The translations under genes were made by a program, and so were the position numbers. This document shows positions 13,496 through 28,082 of a stretch of DNA of 64,000 bases, piece by piece. This DNA is from Hypanus sabinus (lineage: Eukaryota), in NCBI RefSeq assembly GCF_030144855.1, contig NC_082715.1, positions 49,600,001-49,664,000 on the forward strand, read 5' to 3'. Position 1 is the stretch's first letter, and each line of letters begins with the position of its first letter. The notes below the pieces were generated by a model that saw nothing but the letters and a program-made list of their open reading frames with translations, did not search any database and was not told the origin of the DNA.

Positions 13496-14965
13496 AATTG
13501 CTGGGGCCTGAGGAGAGATTTAAAACACCGATAGCCACAGCAGATGTACCAGAGCATTGGAGGATAGCCTATGTTGTTCCACTGTTTTTAAAGAAGTCTC
13601 TCAACAGAAACCAGGAAATTATAGGCTGGTGAGTCTGATGTCAGTTGTGGGAAAGTTATTGGAAGGTATTCTAAGGGACCGGATAAACAACTATTTGGAT
13701 AGACATGAACTGATTAAGGCAAGTCAGCATGGTTTCATGAGTGGTAGGTCATATCTAACAATGAAATTACCTTGAAAGTGGATGAAGGCAAGGCAGTGGA
13801 TGTTGTGTACATAGACTTTGGTAAGCCATTTTACAAGGTACTACATGGGAGGCTTGTCAAGAAGATTCAGTCGCTCGGCATTCAGGATGAGGTAGTAAAC
13901 TGGATTAGAAACTGGCTTTGTGAGAGAAGCCAAAGTGTGGGTTGCTTGTCTGACTGGAGGCCTGTGACTAGTGGTGTGCTGCAGGGATTGGTGCTGGGTC
14001 CTTTGTTGTTTGTCATCTATATCAATGATCTGGATAATAATGTGGTTAACTGATCAGCAAATTTATGGATAACACCAAGATTGGGGGTGTAGTGGACAGT
14101 GAGAAAGGCGATCATAGCTTGCAGAGGGATCTGCATCAGCTGGAAAAATGGGCTGAAAAATAGCAGATGGAATTTAATACAGTCAAGTATGAGGTTTTGC
14201 ACTTAAGTGGAATCAACCAGGGTAGGTGTTACACAGTGAACAGTAGGGCTCTGAGGAGTGTGGTAGAACAAAGGGATCTGGGAATACAGGTCCATAATTC
14301 ATTGAAAGTGGTGTCACAGGCAGATAAGTAAGTAAAGAAAGCTGTTGGCACATTGGCCTTCATAAATCAATGTGTTGATTACAGAAGACGGTTAAAATTG
14401 TATGACGCATTGGTGAGGCCAAATCTGGAGTATTGTGACCAAATACGAACACCTGCCTACAGGAAAGATGTAAACAAAATTGAAAGAGTGCAGAGAAAAT
14501 TTACAAGGCTGTTGCTGGGTCTGGAGGACCTGAGTTATAAGGAAAGATTGAATAGGTTAGGACTGTATTGTTTAGAACATTGAAGGCTAAGAGGGGATTT
14601 GATAGAGGTATACAAAATTGAGGGGTCGAGACAGGGTAAATACAGGTAGGCTTTTCCCACTGAGATTGTTTGGGGTTACAATCAGAGGTCATGGGTTAAA
14701 AGTGAAAGGTGAGAAGTTTAAGGGGAACATGAGAAGAAACTTCTTCACTCAGAGGGTTGTGAGAGTATGGAATGAGCTGCCAGCACAGTTGGTGTATGTG
14801 AGCTCGATTTCAATGTTTTAGAGAAGTTTGGATAGGTACATGGATAATAGAGATATGGAAGGCTATGGTCCAGGTTCAGGTCGATGGGAATAGGGCAGTT
14901 TAAATGGTTTTAACATGGACTAGATGGGCCGAAGTGCCTGTTTCTATACTGCTCTATGACTCTAT
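13496..14965 (+). mobile_element. Second CR1 copy (RT plus 3' end) inserted in the 8345-15860 CR1
   Basis: [27 protein letters not shown] and a ctctatgactctatg tail. The host RT breaks at KFAD (13495) and resumes at ~14970. Confidence 0.85.
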
Positions 14966-17900
14966 GTCAATATGAAGGTAAGTGGAGGGGCAGATAATTT
15001 TGAGGAAGTAGAGAGGCTACAGAAGGACTTGAGTTAGGAGAATGGTCAAAGAATTGGCAGATGAATACTGTGTCGGGAAGTATATGGTCATGCACTTTGG
15101 TTGAAGAAATGAAAAGGTTGACTATTTTCTAAATGGAGAGAAAATACAAAAATCTAAGGCACAAAGAGACTTGTGCAGGGTTCCCTAAAGGTTAATTTCC
15201 ATGTTGAGTCTACGGTGAGGAAGGCAAATGCAATGTTACCATTCATTTCAAGAGGATTAGAATATAAAAGCAAGGATGAAATATTGAGATTTTACTAAGC
15301 ACTGGTGAGGCCTCACTTGGAGTATTGTGAGCAGTTTTAGGCTCCTTATCTTAGTGTTATATTAATGTGTTGAAACTAGAGAGGGTTCAAAGGAGCTTCA
15401 CAAAAATTATTCCAGGATGTATAGGCTGTCGTATGAAGAGTATCTGATGGCTCTGGGCCTATATTCACTGGAATTAAGAAGAGCAAGGGGTAACCTCATT
15501 GAAACCTATTGACTGGTGAAAGGCCATGATAGGGTGGATGTGGAGAGAATGGTGGGAGAGTGTAAGACCAGAGGACTTAGAGGGGTATCCTTTTAGAACA
15601 GAGATGAAGAGGAATTTCTTTAGCCAGAGAGTGGTGAGTCTGTAGAATTCTTTGCAACAAGCATTTGTGGAGTCCTAGTCTTTGTGTAAATTTAAGGCAG
15701 TGGTTGATAGATTCTTAATTGGTCAGGGCATGAAGGAATGCAGGGGTGAAGGCCCTCCTGATTGGGGCTGAGAGGAAAAATGGATCAGCCATGATAAAAT
15801 GGCAGAGCGGACTCAATGGGCCAAATGGCCTAATTCTGCAACTATATCTTATGGTCTTATGATTATTCGGTAAGTTATTTTGCCCTATTTAGTAAATACA
15901 CATAATTATTAGGGAACCAAAACAAATAAGCTTTGGTGTCATATATTTTGTATGTTTTTGCTTGGGAATCATTAGCACTTCGGTCAAATTCAGGAGTTGT
16001 CAAACCCAATAGATATTTTAAGAAGTTCAATTATGCAAAGTACTCTCCCAAACTGTGAGCAAAATTAAATTAATTTTGAATTATGTATTTTTTTCAAATA
16101 TAGCCATTTTAAAATGTTCCATTCCTAATATTTACTCTAGAACTTGAGGATTGATTGTTGGCCATTAAAATTCATCATTATTTAAAATTCCACTTTCGTT
16201 GATGTCTTTTTCAATTTTACTTGAATTTACTGTGCATAAATGTAAACTTCCCATCCTTAAAAACTTTAGTGTTCGGCACAATTAGCTAATAGCAAGTCAT
16301 CACGTGGACAGAATTTTTAGTGTCTACCTACTATATATAATCAGATTTTTCTGTAGTATTTGCATGTAAATAATATTAATGCTATTTAAATTGTCATTCT
16401 TTGACAAAATTACTTAACTATATCTTGTGTCACACAATAAATAAATCGTCATTGATTTCTTGCACAATAAGATGTGTAAAGGATATACTGGGTATTTTAA
16501 GAAGTAACATCATGTAATCACACTCTGCTGCTTCTTTGTATGCCATTTCAGATTTTTAGCTGGACAGTAGGAATGTTGATTTGTTGAGAAATATTTATTT
16601 GTTACTTAAACCGGAAGGAGGTAGTAAATCAATAAAGGTTGATACCTGTGACATTTCCCTAACTTCATATTTAAAAAAATATTGTGCTCTCACATCTGGC
16701 TAGCAGACCACCATTAAGTTGGAGAGCAAATTTTTGTTGCTTGATGAGTAATACTGTAGTGGATGAAGATTTTGTACATCATAATCTAGAATTTCTGCAT
16801 CCTGCATGTATTCTCCAGAGGAAGGATCAACTGAGGATCATAATGAAGTGGAGAACAGATAGTAGGCTTCCTCTTTTTCGATAAACCACAATGTTACAAC
16901 CATTGGGAAAACATCAACAAACTGGATCTCTTTTTGTCTTGAACAGAGAAAACTGAGAAATGACTGAAGAGGTCTTTTTTGAAAGAAAAGTGAAGGTTGG
17001 CAATTGAGTATTCACTGAGAATACTTCCATTTCTTGTTCTATGCAAAAGAAGATGCTGTGTTAAGTGAATGAGCAACCAGCTACAGAAGAACAGTTTGCT
17101 GTTACATGAGCAATGTGTAATTTTTTTTCTTTATTTTTTTCTTAAATGGTCTGTTCAAAATTTAGTAGCTAAAAGCTTATTAATTGTTTATAAAGGTAAT
17201 TACAAGGACCAATTATGTGTGTTTCTGAGGTAAATTCTAAAGCCAAATATATGTCAGTTTCAAATTAAAGTTCCCCTTCAGCAACCTTGAAGGAATTACA
17301 TTATGGAAAGAATCAGAATTCATTTTTGTTCTGAATTGATTTCTTTGAGTCAAAATTGAAGGGTGAGTAAGAAGCTAAGGGGATGAAAAGCTATTTTCTG
17401 AAGAGCATCATGAAATTGCTGGAATAGATAACAAGCATAATCAATGGAATAAAATTGCAAAAAATGTTTAAGTAAAAAAAAGTACTGGTGGTTTCCTGCT
17501 GAGAAAGAGATTAAGAATTTAAGAATTATGCAACCCAGAGTTTGAAGCAACAGCCTAAAATGATATCTGCTCAAATAATCACGATTGATATATGCACATA
17601 CTGAAGGATAAAGTCGTAGGATGACATCGCAGAGAAATGATTTGTCTGTGTCAACTCGAATAAAAGCTTATCTATCGGTCTCAGTGCCTTTTCCTTTTCT
17701 TCAGAGTCTTATAACTGTACTTAACCAATTTATTTGAAAGTTATTTTTGGATTTGCTGCTCCATTCTTTAGGGTTGACTGTAACATGTTGTATGAACAAT
17801 ATTTCCTCTTCTGGAACTTTTTTCCTTTTGATATTAGAAGACCCTGTTGCAGTTCTTATTTAGTTAAATTATTTTATTTTGTATCATAGTTAATACTGAA

Positions 17901-18019
17901 TGGAAATGGGCTCTTCAGTGCTTTAAAAGTAGCGACCATTTTGAAACGTATCAAACTCTTCCCCATAATCTCATGAACACCCGCTTTTCCCCAATCTCAA
18001 AATGGTGGGATTTATATAC

Positions 18020-18132
18020 ATACTACAATGGAATGAGGACAACATGCCAACTTGCAGACTGCACTGGCGGTCAGGATTGAGCCTAGTTCACTATCTGTGA
18101 GGAGGCAGCTCTGCGAACTGCAACAATGTACC
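18020..18132 (-). mobile_element. tRNA-derived SINE 5' fragment (HE1/V-SINE-like)
   Basis: Reverse complement resembles a gctgcctc.cacag...gg.tcaatcctgac...gtctgc.agtt.gcatgtt.tcc SINE head. Confidence 0.4.
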
Positions 18133-18446
18133 AATAAATATCTACCATTTCCCTAAATAGTTAAGGTTAATTAAGTCTTGCATATTAATTTTTTTCATAT
18201 AATGATGGTAATGAGTAGTTTATTTTAAATAAAAGTTGATGTGCCATTGACCAAACGCAGTGCAAAACAAAACTTGCATAATATTTATATTAACTAAAAG
18301 ATACCAGGAACTCCTCTCAGGATTGAATCTGTGTTCCTACCAATGTCCAGCTGCACAAAAGTGTTAACATTGATACTCATTTTGTAAGTTCTATTTCTTC
18401 ACCCCTCAATCAGAGAAGGCTAACCATTCCACAGAGCTGCTTTAAA

Positions 18447-18468
18447 TTATTATTATTATTATTATTAT
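18447..18468. repeat. (ATT)n microsatellite
   Basis: attattattattattattattat seen directly. Confidence 0.9.
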
Positions 18469-20069
18469 CCAACTATTTAATTCTGGCTAAGTTCACAGAA
18501 GCAGATTTTCCAGATATCACACAGTGCACATGGAGTTGTATTGCAGATGATATAAATGTAAAGCAATTTAATTAGAGCGGTATTGGTTTTAAGTATATTT
18601 TGACAGACAAAGAAAATAGATCACGTTTTCAATCATCTGAATGCTTAAGATATCGTTCATTAACAGGTTTGAGGTAGAACTGTACAACTCCAAGTGAATA
18701 TTGTTTTCTCATGAGCTTATAAGAACGTGCTTATAAAGAAATGAGCTTATTTTAATAACATTGGCTCTGTGCAGGAAAAGAATATAAAATCAATCAAGTT
18801 AAAGTGTAAAGGTATACTTTATTTCATGTTTACCCATCAGGCACAGAAGAAGAGAAGAGCTAAACTAGGGAAAATCATAAATGCATTGTCTTTCAAGATA
18901 TTAGCTTAGCTTGATGGATGCCGTTTGACTCTCCAGTATGGGATATAATTCCTCTCTCTAGGCACTGAAAGTCCCTCTGTTCTTTTTGTGTTATCTTTGC
19001 TTTTATTAAACTTCACGGATATCCTTGTAGTGAAGACTAAAACTTTTCAAGCAATCATGATTTGAATTTTCAAGATTCAACTTTTTTTTGATTGGTTGTT
19101 TTCTGTTGCCTATTTATTTTCATTTGTTTGTCGGTTAACTGCCCTAATGGGCTGAAAACGTAGAAGCTTCAGAAGTCTTCTAACCAGGTAAGCACCTGAT
19201 TAGGAATTGAAGTTTCTGTGTTTTTTCTCCATTACTAGATGCATTAAAATAAAATAAGTAATTTATTTCTAATTTACATTTTATTGCATCATCACTTGAT
19301 TAAACAGTGAGTGGCATATTTGCAAATTACAAAATTGATAGTATAAATGAGTTCACTGTCCTACAGAAATGAAAATGATTTGGAACAGGACATTGCTAAG
19401 TCTCCTAGGCAAATTCATGGGTGGATGGATAGAAATAAGCAGATCTCCACAGATTGGTCTCCAGTTGCACACAAACCTGGAGAATGAAATGCTTCTGTGT
19501 TTGATTTGGGACACCTTAAATGTGTGTTTATGTAGTAATTTGGGGAGTTTATATAATGGAGTTTTGGTCAGGTTCCTCTGAGGAATTATTTAGTTTGATG
19601 TATCTTTGACTCAGACCCATTGTTATTCTTCATTTTTTAGTTGATACAAAAGCTGGATTATCTGTGTGTACTCACAATATTTTTTTTGCTTCTGGCTATT
19701 GCAAAAGCCAAATTTGAAAGAATGTCAAAACTGTTGGTCCTTGTTACATTTACCGTGTCTTGCAACGCCCTTCTTCAAAAATATAACACACTAGAGAGTG
19801 CATGAAAACTCAATTCTATAGCTTATGTATGACCTCAATAATTTTACTATATTAATATTATATAAAGGAGCTCTGGTATGGGATTTTATGTGAAAGAAAT
19901 TCCATAACATTTTGGTTTATGCATGTACTGCTATCTCTGGCCATTGTTGTTGGATATTGATAATCTTTGGTTAAGGATTTTTGGGGGAATTTTTGTCCTG
20001 TTTATTTATTCTATTGAAAAGACAAGAACCTATGGTTGGTAAATTGTTATTCATAATGTGTTAATTTTT

Positions 20070-20570
20070 GTCTGCTTACTCAGCAAGTTGGGCAGCATCT
20101 ATGAAGGCAAAAGGGTAGCCAGTGTTCGCAGACACGACCTTGCATCAGAAATGAGAGGGTAAAGGAAGTCACCTGGAGTATAAAAAGAGGAAGGGGTAAG
20201 ATAGAATGACAGGTGGAGGGATATGGGGCAGGGGAAAGGGAAGTTGAACCTTGGGAAAGGAAATCAAGATACATGGGTATGTGGGTGATGGACACTGAGA
20301 ACCACATGAGGGGTTATGACAGGGTTAATGAGTCTTGGTGGGGGGCAGGGGTGGCAGTGGGAGTGGGAAACGGGAGAATCTGTGAGGAATAATGGCACTG
20401 GGAAAAGAATACCGGGATAGGATAACTTGAAGTTGGAAAAAATGATCATGCCAATGGGCTGTAAGTTATTGAGTTGGAATATAAGTTGTATTCTTTTAGT
20501 GCTTTGCCTCACCATGGAGTGGAGAAAGCTGAGGACAGATAAAGTGGTCTGGGAAGGGAAGTCATTTCAA
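20070..20570 (-). mobile_element. Degraded Penelope 3' end / pseudo-LTR
   Basis: Minus translation LIFQLNNLQPIGMIIFSNFK matches the GIY-YIG C-terminus of the 10.7-kb copy (LIYHMGSLQPLGMNIKFSNF). Confidence 0.7.
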
Positions 20571-21667
20571 AAGTGAACACAACCTACTTTCTCACTTTTG
20601 GATGTATTTTATGATAAAATATTGTGGAAGACAAATGTAAATCATTGTCACTGTAATACTACTAATATAATGTGAAATTTTTAATGGTGCTGAATGAAGT
20701 CTTCAAATCTTGTACTGGCAGTCATCACGATAGATTATACAGGAATGAACACAATTAGAACAAATACAGGCAAAGCCATCATAATTTTGCTGTACTGAAA
20801 CAGTGATTATGCAGGTTTGTGCAAGAACTGAACGGTTAAAGGGATGCAGTTATTCTTGATTCAGCTTCAGATTTCTGTACTCCTACTGGAAACTAGCTAC
20901 GATAATGTGGTATGGCCCAGATAGTGGTGATCTTCACCTTTGTTGTCTAACTTTTGAATAATTGATGTTTAATTTGTTTTTTTCCCCCTCTGGATGCTGT
21001 GTATTTAATGCTATGTACATGTGCTGTGGCTGCAAGTACGTTTTTCCGTTTCCACTGTGCTTACACGTCCCTGTGCATATGACAACAGACTCAACTTTTG
21101 ACATTGATTTGATTCCGGGCTAACCAAGCATTATTCAGGCTCACAATCAGAATCTTCATTCATATGCTGGAACCCTCAGGCGTGCTGTCTGACACTCGTA
21201 TGTCTTTACTGCTTGCCTGCTGTCTAGGAATAAGGAGCTTATTTGGATAGCGAGCATCAATTTGTTTGGCATTTGTGTTGGAAACAGGTGAATGTGGTTG
21301 GGTGAGGGCCAGTTTGATATGTACCTAGCAAAATTTGTGTATATTTGATTACTTTTATTTTTTTTTAGTGAAGCTTCTTTTCCCCAAAAATAAACAAATC
21401 TTCACCAGGATTTTTCAGAACATTGGCAATATCAGTTTTTATACTGATATTGCTATGATTATGTTGAATAGTAAAGCAGCTGGAAGGGTTGGTTGAATGG
21501 TCTAATCCTACCATTACCTTCTGTGCCTCTATGTCTATCTGGACAGTAGGGTGGAGCATGTACTCTCTGGTTTTTATCAGCACTTCTCAGGTTACATACA
21601 TTGAACTCACCAGTTACCTGCTATTAAAATAATTTGTAAAACTAATTGATTTCGGGCCATATGTATT

Positions 21668-22067
21668 TTGTGTATATATAAGGACCCCATGCACCCCTCA
21701 TACAATCTCTTCTCCCTCCTCCTGTCTGGGAAAAGGCTCCAAAGCATTTGGGCTCTCATGACCAGACTATATAACAGTTTCTTCCCCCCAAGCTATCAGA
21801 CTCCTCAATACCCGAAGCCTGGACTGACACCTTGCCCTACTGTCCTGTTTATTATTTATTGTAATGCCTGCACTGTTTTTGTGCACTTTATGCAGTCCTG
21901 TGTAGGTCTGTAGTCTAGTATAGCTTTCTCTTTTTTTATTACATAGTTCAGTCTAGTTTTTTGTACTGTGTCATTTAAACCATGGTCCTGAAAAACGACG
22001 TCTCATTTTTACTATTCACTGTACCAGCAGTTATGGTCGAAATGACAATAAAAGTTGACTTGACTTG
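21668..22067 (+). mobile_element. Rex1-like LINE 3' end
   Basis: KDPMHPSYNLFSLLLSGKRLQSI...TRLYNSFFP, followed by an aataaaagttgacttgacttg tail. Confidence 0.75.
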
Positions 22068-22239
22068 TATTGTGGAAGATACATGTCATTCTTTTCGATG
22101 TTACCATTTCAGTGATGTGTTAAATAAACTTTTCAACATTATTACCAAATGATTTAGTCTATACAAAGTTATTACTAATGAATTTACTTTCACTGGTAAA
22201 ATTTTGCATCCTCTTCACGAAGTCATCTATAATTATTTT

Positions 22240-24045
22240 AAATCAAGCAACATAGGTGACAACAGGGCTTTTGCTTCCAGATAAGTTCCATGCCTTCGGT
22301 GCTTGCTTTGAACAGCAAAATGTGGAGGAACCATCACTAACTCCTACAACCTCCAACAGTCCTGTGATTTCAGTCTTTGAGACTGATGTACAAGCAGCCT
22401 TCAGGAGGGTAAACCCAAGGAAAGTATCCAGCCCAGATGGGATACGTGCCTAAATACAAAAGATCTGGGCTGATCAACTGGCTTGAGTGTTCACTGAGAC
22501 CTTTAACCCCTAACTTCTGTAGGCTGAGGTACCCACCTGCTTCAAGTAGGTTTCAATTATACCAGTGCTGAAGAAGAATGTGGTAACCTGCCTCAATGAC
22601 TATCTTCCAGTAGGGCTTGCATCCACAGTGATAGTATTTTGAGAGGTTAAAGATGAAACATTGCAGCTCCTGCCTGAGAAGCAACCTGGAACTGCTCCAA
22701 TTTGCCTCCTGGGGCGGCAGTTGCACAGCTGATACCATCTCATTGGCCCTTCACTCAGCCCTAGCACATCTGGACAGTAAAGGTACATACATCAGGATGT
22801 TCTTTAGCAACTACAGCTTGGTATTCAATACTATCATCCCCTCAAAACTAATCAATAAGCTTCAAGACCTTGGCGTCAATATCTCCTTGTGCAATTGGGT
22901 CCTTGATTCCCTCACTTGCAGACTCCAGTCAGCTCAGATTGGTAACAACATCTCCCCCACAATCTCGATCAGCACAGGTTCCCCACAAGGCTTTGTGTTT
23001 GGCCCCTTGCTCTTATGCACTTATGACTTATGATTTATCACTTTGCACTTATGACTGTGAGGCTAAGCACAGCTCCAATGCCATATTTAAGTTTGCTGAC
23101 AACACCACTGTTGTAGGCTGATGAATCAGAATATAGCAGGGACATTGAAAATTTGGCTGAGTGGCGTCATGACAACAAACGTCAGCAAGACCAAGGAGCT
23201 GATTATTAACTGCAGAAGCAGCAAATCAAAGATCCCTGAGCCAGTCATCACTGGCGGAACAGAGCTGGAGAGGGTCAGCACTTTTAAATTCCTCAGTGTT
23301 GTCATTTCAGAGGACCTGTCCTCAGCCCAGTTCGTAAGTGCAATTACAAAGAAAGGGTGGAGGCACCTCTACTTAGGAGTTTGCGTAGTTTCAGCATGAC
23401 ACCTAAAACTTTGACAAACTTCTATAGATGTGTAGTGGAGAGTATACTGACTGGCTGTATGACAGCCTGGTACAGAAATACCGTGCCAATGCTCTTGAAT
23501 GGAAAATCCTACAAAAAGTAGTGGATGTGGCCCCATCTATCATGGTTAAAGCCCTGCCCACCATTGAGCACATCTACACAAAGTGCTGTAGCAGGAAAGC
23601 AACATCCACCATCAGTGACACTCCACCCAGGTCATGCTCTCTTCTCACTACTACCATCAGGAAGAAGATACAAGAACCTCAGGACTCAGTCCATCATGTT
23701 CAGGAACAGTTATTACCCCTCAACCATCAGGCTCTCTAACTTCACTTGCTCCATATTGTGATGTTCACAGAAGCTATAGAGTCACTTTCAGGGACTCTTA
23801 ATCTCAAATTCTTGATATTGTTTGTTTGTTTGTTTATTTATTATTATTATTATTATTATTTCTTTCCTTTTGTATTTGCAGTTTATTGTCTTTTTCACAT
23901 GATTGAACTCCCAAGCTGATCCAATCTTTCATTGATTCAATTATAGTTATTCTATTATGAATTTATTGAGTATGCCCACAAGAAAATGAATCTCAAGGTT
24001 GTATGTGGTGACATACTTCAATAATAAATTTTCTGTGAATTTTGG
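22240..24045 (+). mobile_element. Rex1/Babar-like LINE (RT domain, degraded)
   Basis: CLNDY.PV.L, LQFAS, FNTIIPSKLI.KL.DLG, STGSPQG, KFADNTTVVG and HPGHALFSLLPSGRRY motifs. Confidence 0.85.
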
Positions 24046-24673
24046 AATTAATTTTGAATTAGTGCATACATAGAACTAATAATTGTTTTCCCTTTGGGCA
24101 AAAAGGGGGGGTGAGGGAAGGAATTATTTTTAATTAAATAATTTGAATATTTGATGCAGCTTACTAGCATTGTTCATGAATGAGACTTCAAATATTCTTG
24201 ACTTATGCCATGATGTCAGGATCATTGAGAACAATAGTTTTATTTTTGTCCTGACTTCTGAGACTTTTCTGTAAAGAAAGAAAAATCAATTCAAACATGA
24301 AAACTCCCAGTCTCTGTTCTAGCTAAATTAAAATGTTCAGTCTCTTTAGTTACAAATATTTAACATATTTTGAACATTTTATTTTGTGGATTGGTTTACT
24401 TTTCAGTAAATTTGTCATCTTGTCCCATTTAGCTAACTTAGTGTACCATAGCATGTGGGCCTGCCTTCCCTACACACTTTCACAAGTGAAAGACCAACCT
24501 TGTATACCAATGAATGACATGAGGTTTCAACTCACCCCATACATATGATGTATATCCTTGATTCTGATTAAACTCTCATCCTATTTCATGGAAGAATATA
24601 GGATGATATTAAACTAGATTTATGGGGGGGGAGGGGCAAGGAAGTCTTGAAATCCTGGCAGAACCTAAGTTAT

Positions 24674-27600
24674 AGACAATAGGTGCAGAAGTAGACCATT
24701 CAGCCCCTCGAGTCTGCACCGCCATTCTGAGATCATGGCTGATCATTCACTATCAATACCCAGTCCCTGCCTTGTCCCCATATCCCTTGATTCCCCTATC
24801 CATCAGATATCTATCTAGCTCCTTCTTGAAAGCATCCAGAGAATTGGCCTCCACCGTCTTCCGAGGCAGTGCATTCCACACCTCCACAACTCTCTGGGAG
24901 AAGAAGTTCTTCCTCAACTCTGTTTTAAATAACTGACCTCTTATTCTCAATCCATGCCCTCTGGTACTGGACTCTCCCAACATCTGGAACATATTTCCTG
25001 CCTCAATCCTATCAAATCCTTTAATTATCTTAAACGTTTCAATCAGATCCCCTCTCAATCTCCTCAATTCCAGCGTGTACAAGCCCAATCTCTCCAATCT
25101 CTCTGCGTAAGACAGCCCTGCCATCCCAGGAATCAACCTAGTGAATCTACGCTGCACTTCCTCAAATGCCAGAATGTCCTTCCTTAAACCTGGAGACCAA
25201 AACTGTACACAATATTCCAGTTGTGGTCTCACCAGGGCCCTGTACAAATGCAAAAGGACATCCTTGCTCTTGTACTCAATTCCCCTTGTAACAAAGGCCA
25301 ACATTCCATTTGCCCTCTTCACTGCCTGTTGCACTTGCTCATTCACCTTCATTGACTGGTGAACTAGGACTCCTAGGTCTCTTTGCATTTCTCCCTTACC
25401 TAACTCGACACCATTCAGACAATACTCTGCCCTCTTGTTCCTGCTTCCAAAGTGGATAACTTCACATTCATTCACATTGAATGACATCTGCCAAGTATCT
25501 GCCCACTCACCCTGCCTATCCAAGTCTCCTATCGTCCTCTTCGCATGTCACACTGCCACCCAGTTTAGTATCGTCAGCAAACTTGCTGATATAGTTTTCA
25601 ATGCCCTCATCTAAATCGTTGACATAAATCGTAAAGAGCTGTGGTCCCAATACAGAGCCCTGTGGTACCCCACTATTCACCTCCAGCCAGTCCGAGAAAC
25701 ACCCATTCACTGCTACCCTTTGCTTTCTATCTGCCAACCAGTTTTCTATCCATGTTGAAACCCTGCCCCCAATGCCATGAGCTCTGATTTTACTCACCAA
25801 TCTCCTATGTGGCACCTTATCGAATGCCTTCTGAAAATCTAGGTATACAACATCCACTGGCTTACCCTCGTCCAACATCCTTGTTACACCCTCAAAAAAC
25901 TCCAACAGATTAGTCAAGCATGGTTTGCCCTTGGTAAATCCATGCTGACTCGGCCTAATCCTATTTCTGCCATCAAGATGTGCCACTATTTCGTCCTTAA
26001 TAATGGACTCAAGCATCTTCCCCACGACTGACGTTAGGCTAACAGGGCGATAGTTCTCCGTTTTCTCCTTCCCTCCCTTCTTGAAAAGTGGGATAACATT
26101 AGCCACTCTCCAATCTTCAGGAACTGATCCTGAATCTAAGGAACATTGGAAAATGATTACCAATGCATCCGCAATTTCCTGAGCCACCTCTTTTAGAACC
26201 CTCAGATGCAGACCATCTGGACCCGGGGATTTATTAGCCTTCAGTCCTACCAGTCTACTCATCACAGTTTCTTTCCTGATGTCAATCTGTCTCAGTTCCT
26301 CTGATATCTTATGACCCTGGCCCATCCATACATCTGGGAGATTGCTTGTGTCCTCCCTGGTGAAGACAGATCTAATGTACGCATTAAATTCTGTTGCCAT
26401 TTCCCTGTTTCCCATAACAATTTCTCCCAATTCATTCTTTAAGGGGCCAACATTGTTTTTAACTATCTTCTTTCTCTTCACATAGCTAAAAAAGCTTTTG
26501 CTATCCCCTTTTATATTCCTGGCTAGACTGAGCTCATACCTGATTTTTTCTCTCCGTATTGCTTTTTTAGTTAAGATCTGCTGTTCCTTAAAACTTTCCC
26601 AATCATCTGTATTCCCACTCATCTTAGCCCTGTCATACTTCTTTTTCTTTAATGCTATACAATCTCTGACTTCCTTTGTCAACCACTGTGGCCCCTTCCC
26701 CCTCTTTGAATCCTTCCTTCTCATTGGAATGAACTGCTTTTGCATCTTTTGTATTATGCCCAAGAATATCTGCCACTGCTGATCCACTGTCTTTCCTGCC
26801 AGGGCATCCGCCCATTTAACTTTGGCCAGCTCTTCCCTCATGGCTCCGTAGTCTCCTTTATTTAATTGCAACACTGACACCTCTGATCTGCCCTTATCCC
26901 TCTCAAATTGTAGATAAAAACTTATCATGTTATGATCACTACTTCCTAATGGCTCCTTTACTTCAAGATCACTTATCAATTCCTGTTCATTACACATCAC
27001 CAAGTCCAAAATAGCCTCGTTCCTGGTTGGCTCAAGCACAAGCTGTTCCAAAAATACATCCCTTAGACACTCCACAAACTCCCTATCCTGGGGTCCAGCA
27101 CCTACCTGATTCTCCCAGTTCACCTGCATCTTGAAATCTCCCATAACGACTGCATTACCTTTAACACATGCCAATGTTAACTCCCTAATCAACTTGTACC
27201 CAATATCCTCGCTACTGTTTGGGGGCCTGTACACAACACCCATTAGGGTCTTTTTACCCTTACTGTTCATCAGCTCAATCCACACAGACTCTACTTCCCC
27301 TGTTCCCAAGTCACCTCTTGCTAAGGACTGAATCTCATTCCTCACCAACAGGGCCACCCCACCCCCTCTCCCCATATTTCTGTCTCTACGATAGCACGTA
27401 TACCCTGGTACACTCAATTCCCAGGCCTGATCCCCTTGCAGCCATGTCTCCGTTATCCCAACAATATCGTAGTTCCCCATTTTCATCTGAGCTTCAAGCT
27501 CATCTGTCTTATTTCTGACACTACGCGCATTCAAGTATAGAATTCTTAGCCCGTTCCTCCTCTCTTTGCTTAAAACACTGTCTACTGTACCTAACCCAGC

Positions 27601-28082
27601 TCCTTGAACTTCTATCGGGCTAATTGCACACTGAATTTTGATGACCTTCTCAAGATCACCCAAACCTTCCACACATTTAACCCCATGCTCCTTCTGACCA
27701 ACCCTCTGGATCTGGATCCCTGCCCCCTGCACATCTAGTTTAAACCCCCCCGAGCAGCACTGGCAAACACTCCTGCAAGAATGTTAGTACCCCTCCGGTT
27801 CAGATGTAGACCGTCCCTTCAAAACAGATCCCAATGTCCCTGGAACAAAGACCAATTATCCAAAAACCTGAACCCTTCCTTCCTGCACCATGCTCTCAGC
27901 CTCGTATTAATGTGCATAATCATTCTATTCTTCGCCTCACTCACACGTGGCACAGGTAGCAATCCCGAGATTGTCACCCTGGAGGTCCTGCCTTTCAGCT
28001 TCACTCCTAACTCCCTGAACTCTCTAAGCAGGACCCCCTCACTCACCTTACCTACATCGTTGGTCCCTACATGGACCACTAC
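24674..28082 (-). mobile_element. Young 5'-truncated CR1 LINE: ORF1 esterase end plus near-intact ORF2 (APE-RT) with one frameshift
   Basis: 27819-28079 VHVGTND (SGNH esterase); 25516-27732 a 738-aa APE+RT frame ([46 protein letters not shown]); 24753-25523 the C-terminus. A 7-bp TSD aagttat lies at 24667-24673 and 28083-28089. Confidence 0.97.

Larger units (their letters stand above)
8345..15860 (+). mobile_element. Near full-length degraded CR1 LINE hosting nested insertions
   Basis: ORF1 Cys-finger and esterase remnants at 8.7-9.5 kb, APE at 9.6-10.3 kb, RT at 12.7-13.5 kb and 15.0-15.7 kb, and a CR1 3' UTR ending ...tatcttatggtcttatg at ~15860. Confidence 0.85.

Noticed and set aside
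25516-27732. 738-aa ORF as a domesticated gene or active LINE
   Set aside because: Ordinary CR1 ORF2 with TSD, 5' truncation, a frameshift after the RT core and a GDFN->GDFK change in the endonuclease.
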